DNA of 32,489 nt from Candidatus Eiseniibacteriota bacterium (GCA_046598045.1 JBKJJJ010000013.1:1-32489); one strand, 5' to 3'. Numbered from the stretch's first letter, positions 8,269 through 17,946 are shown. A program made the numbers and translations. Notes: a model not told the origin generated them from the letters alone.

Positions 8269-8473
8269 ATCACTCTCCTTCACATGCTCCCAAACCCGGT
8301 CCAGTTCAGGGCAGCCGTCGCTGCGGGTTAGAAAGTCACTGCACCGCCCCGGCTTCTTCGGAGACTCGGTTAGCTGAGTCGATTCCCAGAAGACCCTCGG
8401 ACTCTCATCGAGTCACGACTCGCGATGGGTTGACACATGAACACCCGCACAAGCCGGCGACCGCATCCGCGCC

Positions 8474-11400
8474 TCACGGCAACCGAACAAACTTCGCTCG
8501 CGCCACCCTGCCCCCGAATCTCAGCGCCACGAAGTAAACGCCACTCGCCACGACGCGGCCGTTGTCATCCGTCCCATCCCACGCCATCGAGGCCCGCCCG
8601 GCGGAGAGCGTCTGATCGAGCAACGACCGCACCCGCGCCCCGCGCAGGTCGAACACATCCAGCTCAACGCGCCCCGCCTGCGGCAGCGTGAACGAAACCA
8701 GGCTGGCGCGTGAACCGAGTGTCGGATTCGGCGCGACCGCATCGATCCGCAGCGGGCCCGCCCCTAACTCGGGCGAAGGCACGCCGACGGCCGTTCCCGT
8801 GAGCCAGACATCATGATCCCCGCTCGCGTGCGCCTCCGGCGTGATCCAACGCGACCGCGGGAACAGCGGGTTCGGATTCCTCCACCGCCCCCGCATGCGG
8901 AGCGTTCGCCCCGGCAGCACCGGCACGAGATTCGAGGTCGTGAAGACGAAATTCTGCGAACCGGCCGGCCCCGAATCGAAGTGGTGCGGATCCGTCGAAT
9001 TGATCACCACGCCGTCGAACGCCTGGTTCTGGGTCTTGATCTCGACCTCGAATCCGACCCTCGAGCGGCCCTGAGCCGCCGTGTGCTCATAGATGGCCGC
9101 CGCGACCTGATCCGGCTCGTGGGAGATGCCCGGGTGCACGACCCGACGGGGGACGGGTCCGTAGTCGTATAAGTCGATCTCGTGACGCATGCCGAAGCCG
9201 CCTCCCCCCATGAACGGATAGACGCGGCCGGTCGCTCCCGGGGCCCCGACGATCACGTCGGCGAACCCGTCGAGGTTGATGTCGCGGAACGGCGCGAAGC
9301 TCGCTCCCAGCGCGGCCCCCGTGATGTTCGACTCGAGGACCACGCCGGGCACGACATTGGGGCCGTTCGGTGCGCCGTAGTACAGGCTGAACCGGCCCTC
9401 GTCGGTCTGGCCGCCGTCCCAGCCCGGCTCGCCGATCACCAGGTCACCGATGCCGTCGCCGTCGACATCGCCCCCGCCGGCCATCGCCTCGCCGAAGCGC
9501 GCGTTGTCCTGCGTGCCGAAGATCGTCGCGACCGGGAAGGTCGGCCCGCGGCCGAGCGTGCCCTTGTAGATCCGCACCACCCCGCGGTTGTTCTCGAGCG
9601 GCGCGCCGATCCCCAGGTCGGCGACTCCGTCGGCCGTGACGTCGCCGATCGCGCTGACCGTGAGGCCGAAAGAAACCTCGGGACTGGGCGGCAGGAAGAC
9701 GAGTCCGGGAGTGCTCGCGGGGCCCGTCGGACCGCCATAGTAAACCTCGACCTTGCCGGCTGCGGTCGCTGCGAACGTCGGAGACGATGAGCCGACGATC
9801 ACATCCGTGTACCCGTCCCCATCGAAATCTGCGAACGCGACTCCGGCGCCCAGGCCCTGTCCCGCAGCGCTCCCCACGCGCGTCCAGGGCGGGGTTCCGA
9901 GCAGCCCGCTGGCCCCACCGAAGTAGAGGAAGACCTTGCCGCAATCGGCGCTGCCCGGCTCGTCCCACTCGCGAGCGCCGATCAGGAGATCGTGGTACCC
10001 GTCCCCGTTGACATCACCCCGCCCGGCGAGCGCGCTGCCCACGCGGTCGAACGAGCTCGTCCCCATCACGATCGTGAGCGGCGGCGGAACGGCCCCCTGC
10101 GCGCCCCGGTGCAGCCGCACGGATCCCACCTGGAATGCGGGCGAAGCGTCGATCGTCGTCGCCGACACGGCGAAGTCGGAGTAGCCGTCGCCATCGGTAT
10201 CCCCGGCGTCGACGATCTTTGCGCCGTAACTCTGGAAGGACCCGCCCGCGGGATACGACACCTGCTCGGAGAAGTTCACTCCCGTCGTCTGCAATCCGAA
10301 GTGCAGCGAGACGCGACCGGCGCCGCCGAACTGGGGGTCGCCGATGACCAGCTTGCCCGTATCGATCCCGTCGAAGCGGGAGACCACCGCGACCGCGCTG
10401 CCGTAACCCGTCCCAGGGTCGCCCCCAAGGCGCGGCCAGCCGCCGGTCGACAGAAGCAGTCCGTTCTTCGGCGCCTTGAACTGGTAAGCGACTCCTTCGT
10501 GCTGGCCCGGCAGGAAGCTCGTGTCCTCGGTGCCGACGAGGATCTCGGAGAAGCCGTCGCCATCGGTGTCGCCGCTGGTCGCGAGGCAGAGGCCGAAGAA
10601 CCCGTCGGAGCCGTGGGTGAGGATTTCGCCGAAGTACTGCGGGCCCGTACGCGCGCCAAGGTAGACGCTGACCCGCCCGCGCCCCGTCACGTTGGCGTAG
10701 CGCGAGACGACGCCGACATCGGCCAGGCCGTCGCCGTTGATATCGCCGAGAGTCGACACGATCATGCCGGTGGACTCGTTGGCCGTGGCAAGAGGGTTCG
10801 CGAGGTTCGACACGGTCGCAATCCCCTGCGGGCCGCCGAAGCCGATCATCGCCTTGCCGATGTTCGTGTTCTCGCCCGGCACGCCGACGATCACGTCGCT
10901 GAACCCGTCGCCGTTCACGTCCCCGGCCACCGACACGGATTGGCCACAGCGTACGCCGTTCGCCGTGCCCCTGATGACCGTATCGGGCACGGCCACGACG
11001 CCGGCGGCCGATCCCAGGTAAACGTAGGCGTTCCCGCCGCCGGGGAACGGATTGGCCTCGCCCTGGGCCCCGATGATCACGTCCGCGAAGCCGTCGGCGT
11101 TGACGTCGCCGGCCGTGGACACGCTCCGGCCCAAGAAGGCGTTTGTGCCCGCCTGGCCGAGCCAGGTATTCGCGGGGGTCGCGGACAGACCGGCCGCGCC
11201 ACCCTGGAACAGGAACGCGGCGCCACGAGCGAAACCTCCCTCCGCGTTATAAGCCCCGACCAGCACGTCGGCGAATCCGTCGCCATTGACGTCGCCCGCG
11301 GGAGCGACGCTGATGCCGAACTGCTGGCTGACGGCCGGAATGGGCGAGAACAGTTCGTAGGCCGGCGTGAGCGAAAGGCCGTTGGGCCCGCCGTGGAAGA

Positions 11401-11845
11401 CGACGACCTTGCCGGCGTTGGCGTGCGCCGGCGTGTCCCAGGCGGGAACGGCGACCAGGACGTCGGCATAACCGTCGTTGTTGACATCGCCCGCCGGGGC
11501 CACGGCGTCTCCGGCGTAGGCGTTCAATTGCCTCCCGCGGTAGACCCAGGACGGTGTGAGCGCCGAGCCCTGCTTCGAGCCGCGGTAGAGATACGCCGCG
11601 CCTTCATCCACGAAGGTCGAATCCTCGAGCTCGGCGCCGACAATCACGTCGCCGAAGCCGTCGCCATCCACGTCCCCGGCCGTGGTCGCCGAGTAGCCGA
11701 GGAGTGCGTTTGGTTGGCTGCCTGAGACCTCCCAGGCGGGCGATCCGAAGCGATCGATCAGGCCGACGGCGAGAACCGGGGCGGGGATAGCGATCAAGGT
11801 CGCAAGGACGATGACCGTTGGACGGCGGCGCGTGGAGGAATTCAT
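8474..11845 (-). CDS. Secreted FG-GAP/integrin-alpha-like repeat protein with C-terminal FlgD-Ig/T9SS-like domain
   Basis: Signal peptide; 14 repeats of G.S...AGDvNgDG.aD.ivGA; C-terminus PNP...SFTLP...VFDLRG..VRSL...WDGTDDNG..VASGVYF. Confidence 0.92.
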   Translation of the reverse strand: MNSSTRRRPTVIVLATLIAIPAPVLAVGLIDRFGSPAWEVSGSQPNALLGYSATTAGDVDGDGFGDVIVGAELEDSTFVDEGAAYLYRGSKQGSALTPSWVYRGRQLNAYAGDAVAPAGDVNNDGYADVLVAVPAWDTPAHANAGKVVVFHGGPNGLSLTPAYELFSPIPAVSQQFGISVAPAGDVNGDGFADVLVGAYNAEGGFARGAAFLFQGGAAGLSATPANTWLGQAGTNAFLGRSVSTAGDVNADGFADVIIGAQGEANPFPGGGNAYVYLGSAAGVVAVPDTVIRGTANGVRCGQSVSVAGDVNGDGFSDVIVGVPGENTNIGKAMIGFGGPQGIATVSNLANPLATANESTGMIVSTLGDINGDGLADVGVVSRYANVTGRGRVSVYLGARTGPQYFGEILTHGSDGFFGLCLATSGDTDGDGFSEILVGTEDTSFLPGQHEGVAYQFKAPKNGLLLSTGGWPRLGGDPGTGYGSAVAVVSRFDGIDTGKLVIGDPQFGGAGRVSLHFGLQTTGVNFSEQVSYPAGGSFQSYGAKIVDAGDTDGDGYSDFAVSATTIDASPAFQVGSVRLHRGAQGAVPPPLTIVMGTSSFDRVGSALAGRGDVNGDGYHDLLIGAREWDEPGSADCGKVFLYFGGASGLLGTPPWTRVGSAAGQGLGAGVAFADFDGDGYTDVIVGSSSPTFAATAAGKVEVYYGGPTGPASTPGLVFLPPSPEVSFGLTVSAIGDVTADGVADLGIGAPLENNRGVVRIYKGTLGRGPTFPVATIFGTQDNARFGEAMAGGGDVDGDGIGDLVIGEPGWDGGQTDEGRFSLYYGAPNGPNVVPGVVLESNITGAALGASFAPFRDINLDGFADVIVGAPGATGRVYPFMGGGGFGMRHEIDLYDYGPVPRRVVHPGISHEPDQVAAAIYEHTAAQGRSRVGFEVEIKTQNQAFDGVVINSTDPHHFDSGPAGSQNFVFTTSNLVPVLPGRTLRMRGRWRNPNPLFPRSRWITPEAHASGDHDVWLTGTAVGVPSPELGAGPLRIDAVAPNPTLGSRASLVSFTLPQAGRVELDVFDLRGARVRSLLDQTLSAGRASMAWDGTDDNGRVVASGVYFVALRFGGRVARAKFVRLP

Positions 11846-11985
11846 GGGGGCCTCAGGACGTGCGGAATCGAAAACGCGCGTGCCGGGGGGAGGGCGCGAG
11901 CGCGGCGGGACCGTGGAAGGTTACCCGGAAACAGACCGAAAGGAAGGGGGTTTTTCAGGAGTCTCGCGCCCCGGTTCATATTCCC

Positions 11986-12014
11986 ATGAGCCAATTTCGA
12001 GACGATTCATGCTT
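11986..12014 (+). promoter_or_regulatory. Candidate promoter/operator motif, copy 1
   Basis: ATGAGCC-AATTTC-N10-ATGCTT, ending 78 nt before ATG 12092; matches the copy at 17918. Confidence 0.5.
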
Positions 12015-12091
12015 GAGGAATCGAGTGCGGACCCCTGGCTTCGGCGGGGTGTCGTTTCGAGACCATAATTCCAATTGGCACGGAGATCCTC

Positions 12092-13651
12092 ATGACCATG
12101 CGATCGGTCCCCGATCCCGCGAAGCTCTCGGCCCTCGTGCTCCTTGCCCTCCTGCCGCGGCCGGCCGCGGCGGCCTGGCCCTCGGACCCCGCGGTCAATG
12201 TGCCCCTTTGCCTGGCCCCCTTTGGCCAGCGCTCTCCAGAAGCGGCTCCGGACAATGGCGGCGTCGCGATCGTCGCGTGGGACGACCAGCGCGGGGGTCC
12301 GCGCGACATCTACGTCCAGCGCGTCGGCGGCACCGGGACACCGCGGTGGGCGGCCGGCGGCGTGGCGATCTGTTCCGCCACCGGGGAACAGTACGAACCG
12401 AAGGTCATCCCCGACGGCAGCGCCGGCGCCATCGTCACGTGGAGCGACTATCGGGGCGCCGCCTACGACATCTACGCGCAGCGGGTCGACTCCTCGGGAG
12501 CGCCCAGGTGGACGGCCAACGGGGCGGCAATCTGCACGGCCACGAATTTTCAGTCCCACCCCGCCATCGTCCCGGACGGCAGCAGGGGCGCCGTCATCAC
12601 CTGGGACGACGCTCGTTCGGGCATCGCACGAATTTATGCTCAGCGAGTGAACGCCACGGGCGCGCCCCAGTGGACGGCCAATGGCGTGGCGCTCACGAAC
12701 TCCCCCTCAGGCCAGGCGCGTCCGATCGCCATCTCGAACGGTGCCGCGGGAGCCATCGTGATCTGTCTGGACTATCGGAACAACGAGGCCGACATCTTCG
12801 GCCAGCGCATCCTGTCCACGGGCGCCGTGGACCCCGCCTGGCCGGCCGGCGGCCGTGTCCTGAACGCCGATTTCTATGACCATGCCAACCCCGCCCTCGT
12901 GTCCGACGGAGCCGGCGGCGCCCTGTTGAGCTGGGACGACCTCCGGGGCGGTCGGGACATCTATGCCCAGCACGTCCTCGCCACGGGAGCGCTCGATCCT
13001 GCCTGGCCCGCGACCGGGACCGCGCTCTGCCTGGCAACGGGAAACCAGGTGTCTCCGCGGATGGTTCCGGACGGCACCGGCGGCGCCATCGTCACGTGGC
13101 ACGACCTCGAGGACATACAAGCCGACCTCTACGCTCAGCACGTGACGGCCAGCGGTGTTGTGGATCCCGCATGGCCGGCGGATGGCCGCGCGATCTCCAC
13201 GGCGGGTCTGCGGCAGATCTCTCCCACCATCGTCGCCGATGGCGCGGGCGGGGCCGTCCTCGCCTGGGAGGATGGCCGAAACGGCACCGGCGAATTCGGC
13301 GATAGCGACATCTACGCCCAGGGAGTGAAGGCGAACGGCCAACTCGGAGACCGCCGGTCGGCGTGTCCGACGACGCGGCGCCCGGGCTTGCGCTCGAGGC
13401 CCCGAGCCCCAACCCGGGCCGGACGAGCGCGATGATCGTGCGCTTCACGCTCCCGACGGATGCGTCCGCCACGCTCGAACTCTTCGACGTCGCCGGCCGA
13501 TGCCTCGTCTCGCGGGAGGTCGGCTCGCTGGGAGCCGGCATCACACGATCAACCTCGCGGCCAACCGGCGGCCCGGGCCGGTGTATACTTCGTCCGCCTG
13601 CAGCAGGGCCCGGGCGTGCGCGCTCGGCGAATCGTGGTCCTCGACCAATGA
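12092..13651 (+). CDS. Secreted 7-repeat (W.D.R...DIYAQ) beta-propeller protein with FlgD-Ig/T9SS-like tail; three apparent single-base deletions
   Basis: Signal peptide; seven ~55-aa repeats; the tail reads across three frames: PVGVSDD..PSPNP..RFTLP..ELFDVAGR / HHTINL / AGVYFVRL..RRIVVLDQ* (stop 13649-13651). Confidence 0.8.
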
Positions 13652-13701
13652 CGCCCCGCTCACCTGATTCGCGAACCGTCCTCCCCTCCCGGAGACACCC
13701 C

Positions 13702-16700
13702 ATGAAGCCCTTCGCTGTTCGTTCGTTCCCCCTGGCTCTTCTCGCCGGATGCGGCGTCCTCATCGGGACGCTCGTCCCGTCGGCCCTCGCGGCCACGCTG
13801 GGCCTGCCCTCGCCCTACTCGATCGACGCCGGAGTCGGCATGGGCGCCCCCAACCAGCCCGACGGCGTCGCGCCGACCGGGCAGCCCTACCTGCGCGAGG
13901 TTCCCACGACCCCCGTCGTGGCAGCCGCCCTGCCGGTCGCACTCCTCACCGGCACCCCGACTCCGCCGCGCATCGCGAACACGTACGTCGTGACGACCGA
14001 CGCCGACACCGGCAATGTCTCGCTCCGCGCCGCGATCACCGCGGCCAACGCCAACCCCGGGACCGACCAGATCACGTTCAACATCCCGGGGGGCGGCGTG
14101 CGGACGATCCGGCCCACGACCGCGCTGCCGACGATCACCCAACCCGTTGTGATCGACGGCGCGAGCCAGCCGGGCTACGCCGGCTCGCCGCTCATCGAGA
14201 TCGATGGTTCTCTGATCCCGAGCGCGAACGGCCTCCTGATCACCGGCGGGAACAGCACGGTGCGTGGCCTGCTCATCAACCGCTTCCGGTCGACGGGCGG
14301 AGCGGGATTCGGGATCATCCTCGACGTCCTGGGCGGAAACGTGATCGAGGGCAACTGGATCGGGATCAACTCCGCAGGCACCGCTGCGGCGGGGAACGCC
14401 GGCAACGGGATCGCGGTATTCGGCACCTCAGGAGGAAACCTGATCGGCGGCACGGCGGCCGGCGCGGGGAACCTCGTCTCGGGGAACGGCAGCTCGGGGA
14501 TTGCCTTCGCGACCGGCAATGCGGGCGGGAACATCGCCCGCGGGAACTGGGCAGGACTCAATGCCGCGGGCACCGCCGCGATTCCCAACGGAGGCAACGG
14601 CATCTTCGTCAACGCCCCGAACTGCGTCCTCGGCGGAACGGTGCCCGGCTCACGCAACCTCGTGTCCGGGAACACCCTCCCCGGCATCTTCGTGGGCATG
14701 AGCGCGGCGTCGACGATCATCCAGGGCAATTGGATCGGCACCGACGCCGCCGGCTCGGGCGATCTCGGGAACGTCCAGAACGGGATCAGCATTGACCGGG
14801 CGAGCAACACGACGATCGGCGGGAACACCCCGGAGGCGCGGAACGTCATCGCCGGGAACGAGTTCCCGAACATCTACCTGCTCGGCCCGGCGACCGGCAC
14901 GAAGATCCAGGGCAATTACATCGGGACCGACGCGACGGGAACGATCGCCCTGGGCGACGGCAATGCAGTCGTCTTCGACAACGCGGCGAACAACCAGCTC
15001 GGTGGCCCCGGCGCCGGGGAGGGGAACCTCCTCTCGGGCAACATGCCGAACACCGCCGTGGTGATCACGAACGCGGGCGCGACCGGCAACCTCGTTCGCG
15101 GAAATCGGATCGGCACGAACGTCGCGGGGACGGCGGCGATTCCGAACTTCAAGGGCGTCCTCGTCGCCAACGCCGCGAGCAATGTGATCGGCGGGCCCGC
15201 GGCAGGCGACCGCAATCTGATCTCGGGAAACGAGACCTACGGGATCGAGTTCCGCAACGCGAACAACTCGCGTGCCTCCGGGAACTACGTGGGCACGGAC
15301 GTGACCGGGACGCTCGACCTCGGCAACAAGCTGCACGGGATCGTGGTGATCGCATCGAATGACACGATCGGGGGGACGACGCTGGCGCACGGCAACTGGA
15401 TCGCCTTCAACGGGCGGACCGGCGTGTTCGACTCGACCGGGACGAACAACCTGGTCCGCTTCAACAAGCTGTGGGAGAACCGGGCCCTGGGCATCGACCT
15501 CTTCCCGCGCGGGATCGTGGCCAACGACTCCCTCGACAATGACGCGGGCGCCAACGGCGGGCAGAACTTCCCGATCATGGATTCGACATCGGTGCTCACC
15601 GGCACGACGCGTATCTACGGACGGCTCGATAGCAGACCGAGCGGCACCTACACGATCGACTTCTATGCGTCCGCCGTCCCGGACACCGCGCACTTCGGAG
15701 AGGGTAAGGAATACATCAGCAGCATCAATGTCTCGACGGACGCTTCGGGACGCGCGGTGTTCGTCTACGATCCCGGGATCCTGATTCCCGACGAGCTGTT
15801 CGTGGCCGCGACGGCCACGGACGCGGCCGGGAACACGTCCGAGTTCTCGCAAACGCTGTGCCTCGCGGATCGCGACAAGGATGGCATTCGAGACTGCTGG
15901 GAGACGCCCGGCTGGCCGATCGACATCGACAGCGACGGCAAGTACGACCTCGACCTGTACGCGCGCGGCGCGCGACCGGACTCGATCGACATCTTCGTAG
16001 AGATCGACGCAATGAACGGCTATGCGCCGCCCGCGGGAATGATCCCGATGGTGAAGGCGGCCTTCTCGAAACTTCCCAAGGCGTACCTGAACGCGGGCCC
16101 GGAAGTGAACGGGATCGCGCTTCACGCCGAGTTGTCGCACCTTGCGATCAGCGACATGCCGCCTAATTTGTCGAACCGGTGGCCCGATTTCTGGGCCGTC
16201 CGGAAGAAGTACTTCGGCGACGCAAACGAGATCGCCGATGCGAACAGCGCGAAGATCCTGCGCGCCAAGAGCATGTTCTTCCGCTACGGGGTGTGGGCGC
16301 GCACGAGCGGCGCGAGCGTCGACACGACGTGGTCGGGCTACGGCGAGGGCTCGGACGGCACGGGGGGCGATGAGTTCGTGGTCACGTTCGGGAGCACGGG
16401 TCCGAACGGATGGAACTCGACTCAGGTCCTCGAGAATCACGCCGGCACGTTCATGCATGAGATGGGTCATACGCTCGGGCTCAAGCACGGAGGATCGGAC
16501 CACCTACAGTACAAGCCGAACTACTACAGCGTCATGAACTACACGTGGCAGACGCCGAAGACCTGGCAGATGCCGAACACGTGGCGGCTCGATTACTCGC
16601 GGGCGGCCCTGCCCACACTGAATGAGGCCAATCTCAACGAGCCCGCGGGGCTCGGAGCACCGGCGAATGTCTGGCCCATCTCCGACATGCCGTACACCGA

Positions 16701-17832
16701 CTCCCTCGGCGGCACGTGGTACGCGTCCCTGAAACCCGGCGCGGATGCCGACTGGACGGACGACGGGTACATCCTCCCGAACCGCCAGGTTGACATCAAT
16801 CTCGTAGGGAACCCGGCCCCGACTCCCGGCGAATCGCTCGTGGGATATCAGGACTGGCAGAACCTCGTCGTCAACTTCCGCAATAGCGTCGAATACACCC
16901 CGGCCGGCGTGACCCCTCAGGAGTTGGCGATCACCGGGACGCTCGACCTGCCTGATGGGGAGTTGACGCCGCAGATCCAGAATCGCCTGAACAGCATCCC
17001 CCCGCCGAAACCCAAAGGCATCTTCGTCATGGACGGTCAGCGCGATCCCAACTCGATGCTGGTCGCGTCGAATGCGGGCGTGAACCTTTATGCCGCTTAC
17101 CGTGTGGGCACCCTGGGCGGACAATTGTACCTGGCAGCGGACGGCGCGCAGGCGGGCCGCGACGTGGCGATCCTCTTGGCGAAGACACCGGGCGCCATGC
17201 GCCCCGCGCCCCTGGGCAAGTCCGGCACGGTCGCAAGCTGGGACGCGTTGCTGGCGCGGAGGGGCACCGCGAACACCGCCGAATGGCAGGACAGGACGGG
17301 CACGCCGTTCGAGGCGATCGTCGTCGACTCGGCCGGCACGTTTCTCGAAGGTGTCGTGCGGCTCGAGTCGCTCCTCGGCCAGGAACCGGCGACCTATTCT
17401 GTCGCGCTGGCCGCCTACGGCGCGGCACCGGGAGGCACGCTCCTGGCGCAGGCACCGAGCGGGGACGGCAACGGCAACGTCGAGGCGAACGAGTGGGTCA
17501 CACTCGCAACCTCGAACGTCGGCGTGCCCGGGGTGCCGGGGCCGGGACTCGGGCTCGGTGTCCGCCTGTCGAACGCGCGGCCGAACCCCTCGTACGGCGC
17601 GTCGAGCGTGCGTCTGAGCCTGCCCGCGGCCGCAGACGTCGTCGCCACCGTGCAGGACGTCGCGGGCCGCACCGTGGCCACGCTCGTGCACGGTCGCATG
17701 GGAGCCGGCGAGCACGTGATCGCGTGGAATCAGCCCGAGGACGGCGGGCGGAAGCCGGCGGCGGGCGTCTACTTCATCGTCGTTCGGGCGCTCGGCGAGC
17801 AGCGCTCGTCGCGGGTGGTCGTGCTGCCGTAG
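13702..17832 (+). CDS. Secreted parallel beta-helix repeat + zinc metalloprotease (metzincin) protein with FlgD-Ig/T9SS-like tail
   Basis: GGAG RBS and signal peptide at ATG 13702; SLRAAITAANA, repeated N.I.GN.IGTD..G / IGG....NliSGN; HEMGHTLGLKH (16456-16488) plus SVMNY Met-turn; PNP...GVYF tail. Confidence 0.9.
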   Translation: MKPFAVRSFPLALLAGCGVLIGTLVPSALAATLGLPSPYSIDAGVGMGAPNQPDGVAPTGQPYLREVPTTPVVAAALPVALLTGTPTPPRIANTYVVTTDADTGNVSLRAAITAANANPGTDQITFNIPGGGVRTIRPTTALPTITQPVVIDGASQPGYAGSPLIEIDGSLIPSANGLLITGGNSTVRGLLINRFRSTGGAGFGIILDVLGGNVIEGNWIGINSAGTAAAGNAGNGIAVFGTSGGNLIGGTAAGAGNLVSGNGSSGIAFATGNAGGNIARGNWAGLNAAGTAAIPNGGNGIFVNAPNCVLGGTVPGSRNLVSGNTLPGIFVGMSAASTIIQGNWIGTDAAGSGDLGNVQNGISIDRASNTTIGGNTPEARNVIAGNEFPNIYLLGPATGTKIQGNYIGTDATGTIALGDGNAVVFDNAANNQLGGPGAGEGNLLSGNMPNTAVVITNAGATGNLVRGNRIGTNVAGTAAIPNFKGVLVANAASNVIGGPAAGDRNLISGNETYGIEFRNANNSRASGNYVGTDVTGTLDLGNKLHGIVVIASNDTIGGTTLAHGNWIAFNGRTGVFDSTGTNNLVRFNKLWENRALGIDLFPRGIVANDSLDNDAGANGGQNFPIMDSTSVLTGTTRIYGRLDSRPSGTYTIDFYASAVPDTAHFGEGKEYISSINVSTDASGRAVFVYDPGILIPDELFVAATATDAAGNTSEFSQTLCLADRDKDGIRDCWETPGWPIDIDSDGKYDLDLYARGARPDSIDIFVEIDAMNGYAPPAGMIPMVKAAFSKLPKAYLNAGPEVNGIALHAELSHLAISDMPPNLSNRWPDFWAVRKKYFGDANEIADANSAKILRAKSMFFRYGVWARTSGASVDTTWSGYGEGSDGTGGDEFVVTFGSTGPNGWNSTQVLENHAGTFMHEMGHTLGLKHGGSDHLQYKPNYYSVMNYTWQTPKTWQMPNTWRLDYSRAALPTLNEANLNEPAGLGAPANVWPISDMPYTDSLGGTWYASLKPGADADWTDDGYILPNRQVDINLVGNPAPTPGESLVGYQDWQNLVVNFRNSVEYTPAGVTPQELAITGTLDLPDGELTPQIQNRLNSIPPPKPKGIFVMDGQRDPNSMLVASNAGVNLYAAYRVGTLGGQLYLAADGAQAGRDVAILLAKTPGAMRPAPLGKSGTVASWDALLARRGTANTAEWQDRTGTPFEAIVVDSAGTFLEGVVRLESLLGQEPATYSVALAAYGAAPGGTLLAQAPSGDGNGNVEANEWVTLATSNVGVPGVPGPGLGLGVRLSNARPNPSYGASSVRLSLPAAADVVATVQDVAGRTVATLVHGRMGAGEHVIAWNQPEDGGRKPAAGVYFIVVRALGEQRSSRVVVLP

Positions 17833-17864
17833 AGCCTCAGCTCCGGGAATCGAGCGGTTGGTGC

Positions 17865-17896
17865 GCGGCGCCGTGGACCCTGGTCCACGGCGCCGC
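17865..17896. terminator. Perfect 15-bp hairpin (possible terminator or REP-like element)
   Basis: GCGGCGCCGTGGACC-CT-GGTCCACGGCGCCGC, 32 nt after stop 17832; no U-tract. Confidence 0.55.
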
Positions 17897-17917
17897 CTCC
17901 TCACGGCGGTGAACCGG

Positions 17918-17946
17918 ATGAGCCTATTTCCCCCCCAATAATGCTT
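17918..17946 (+). promoter_or_regulatory. Candidate promoter/operator motif, copy 2
   Basis: ATGAGCC-TATTTC-N10-ATGCTT, ending 79 nt before GTG 18025. Confidence 0.5.

Noticed and set aside
4820..8470. Integron cassette array or IS-borne island
   Set aside because: Mixed gene orientations, no convincing RYYYAAC...GTTRRRY attC pairs, and no integrase or transposase.
13363..13701. N-terminal FlgD-like extension of the 1489-aa ORF
   Set aside because: It is the frameshifted tail of the upstream gene; the real start with RBS and signal peptide is ATG 13702.
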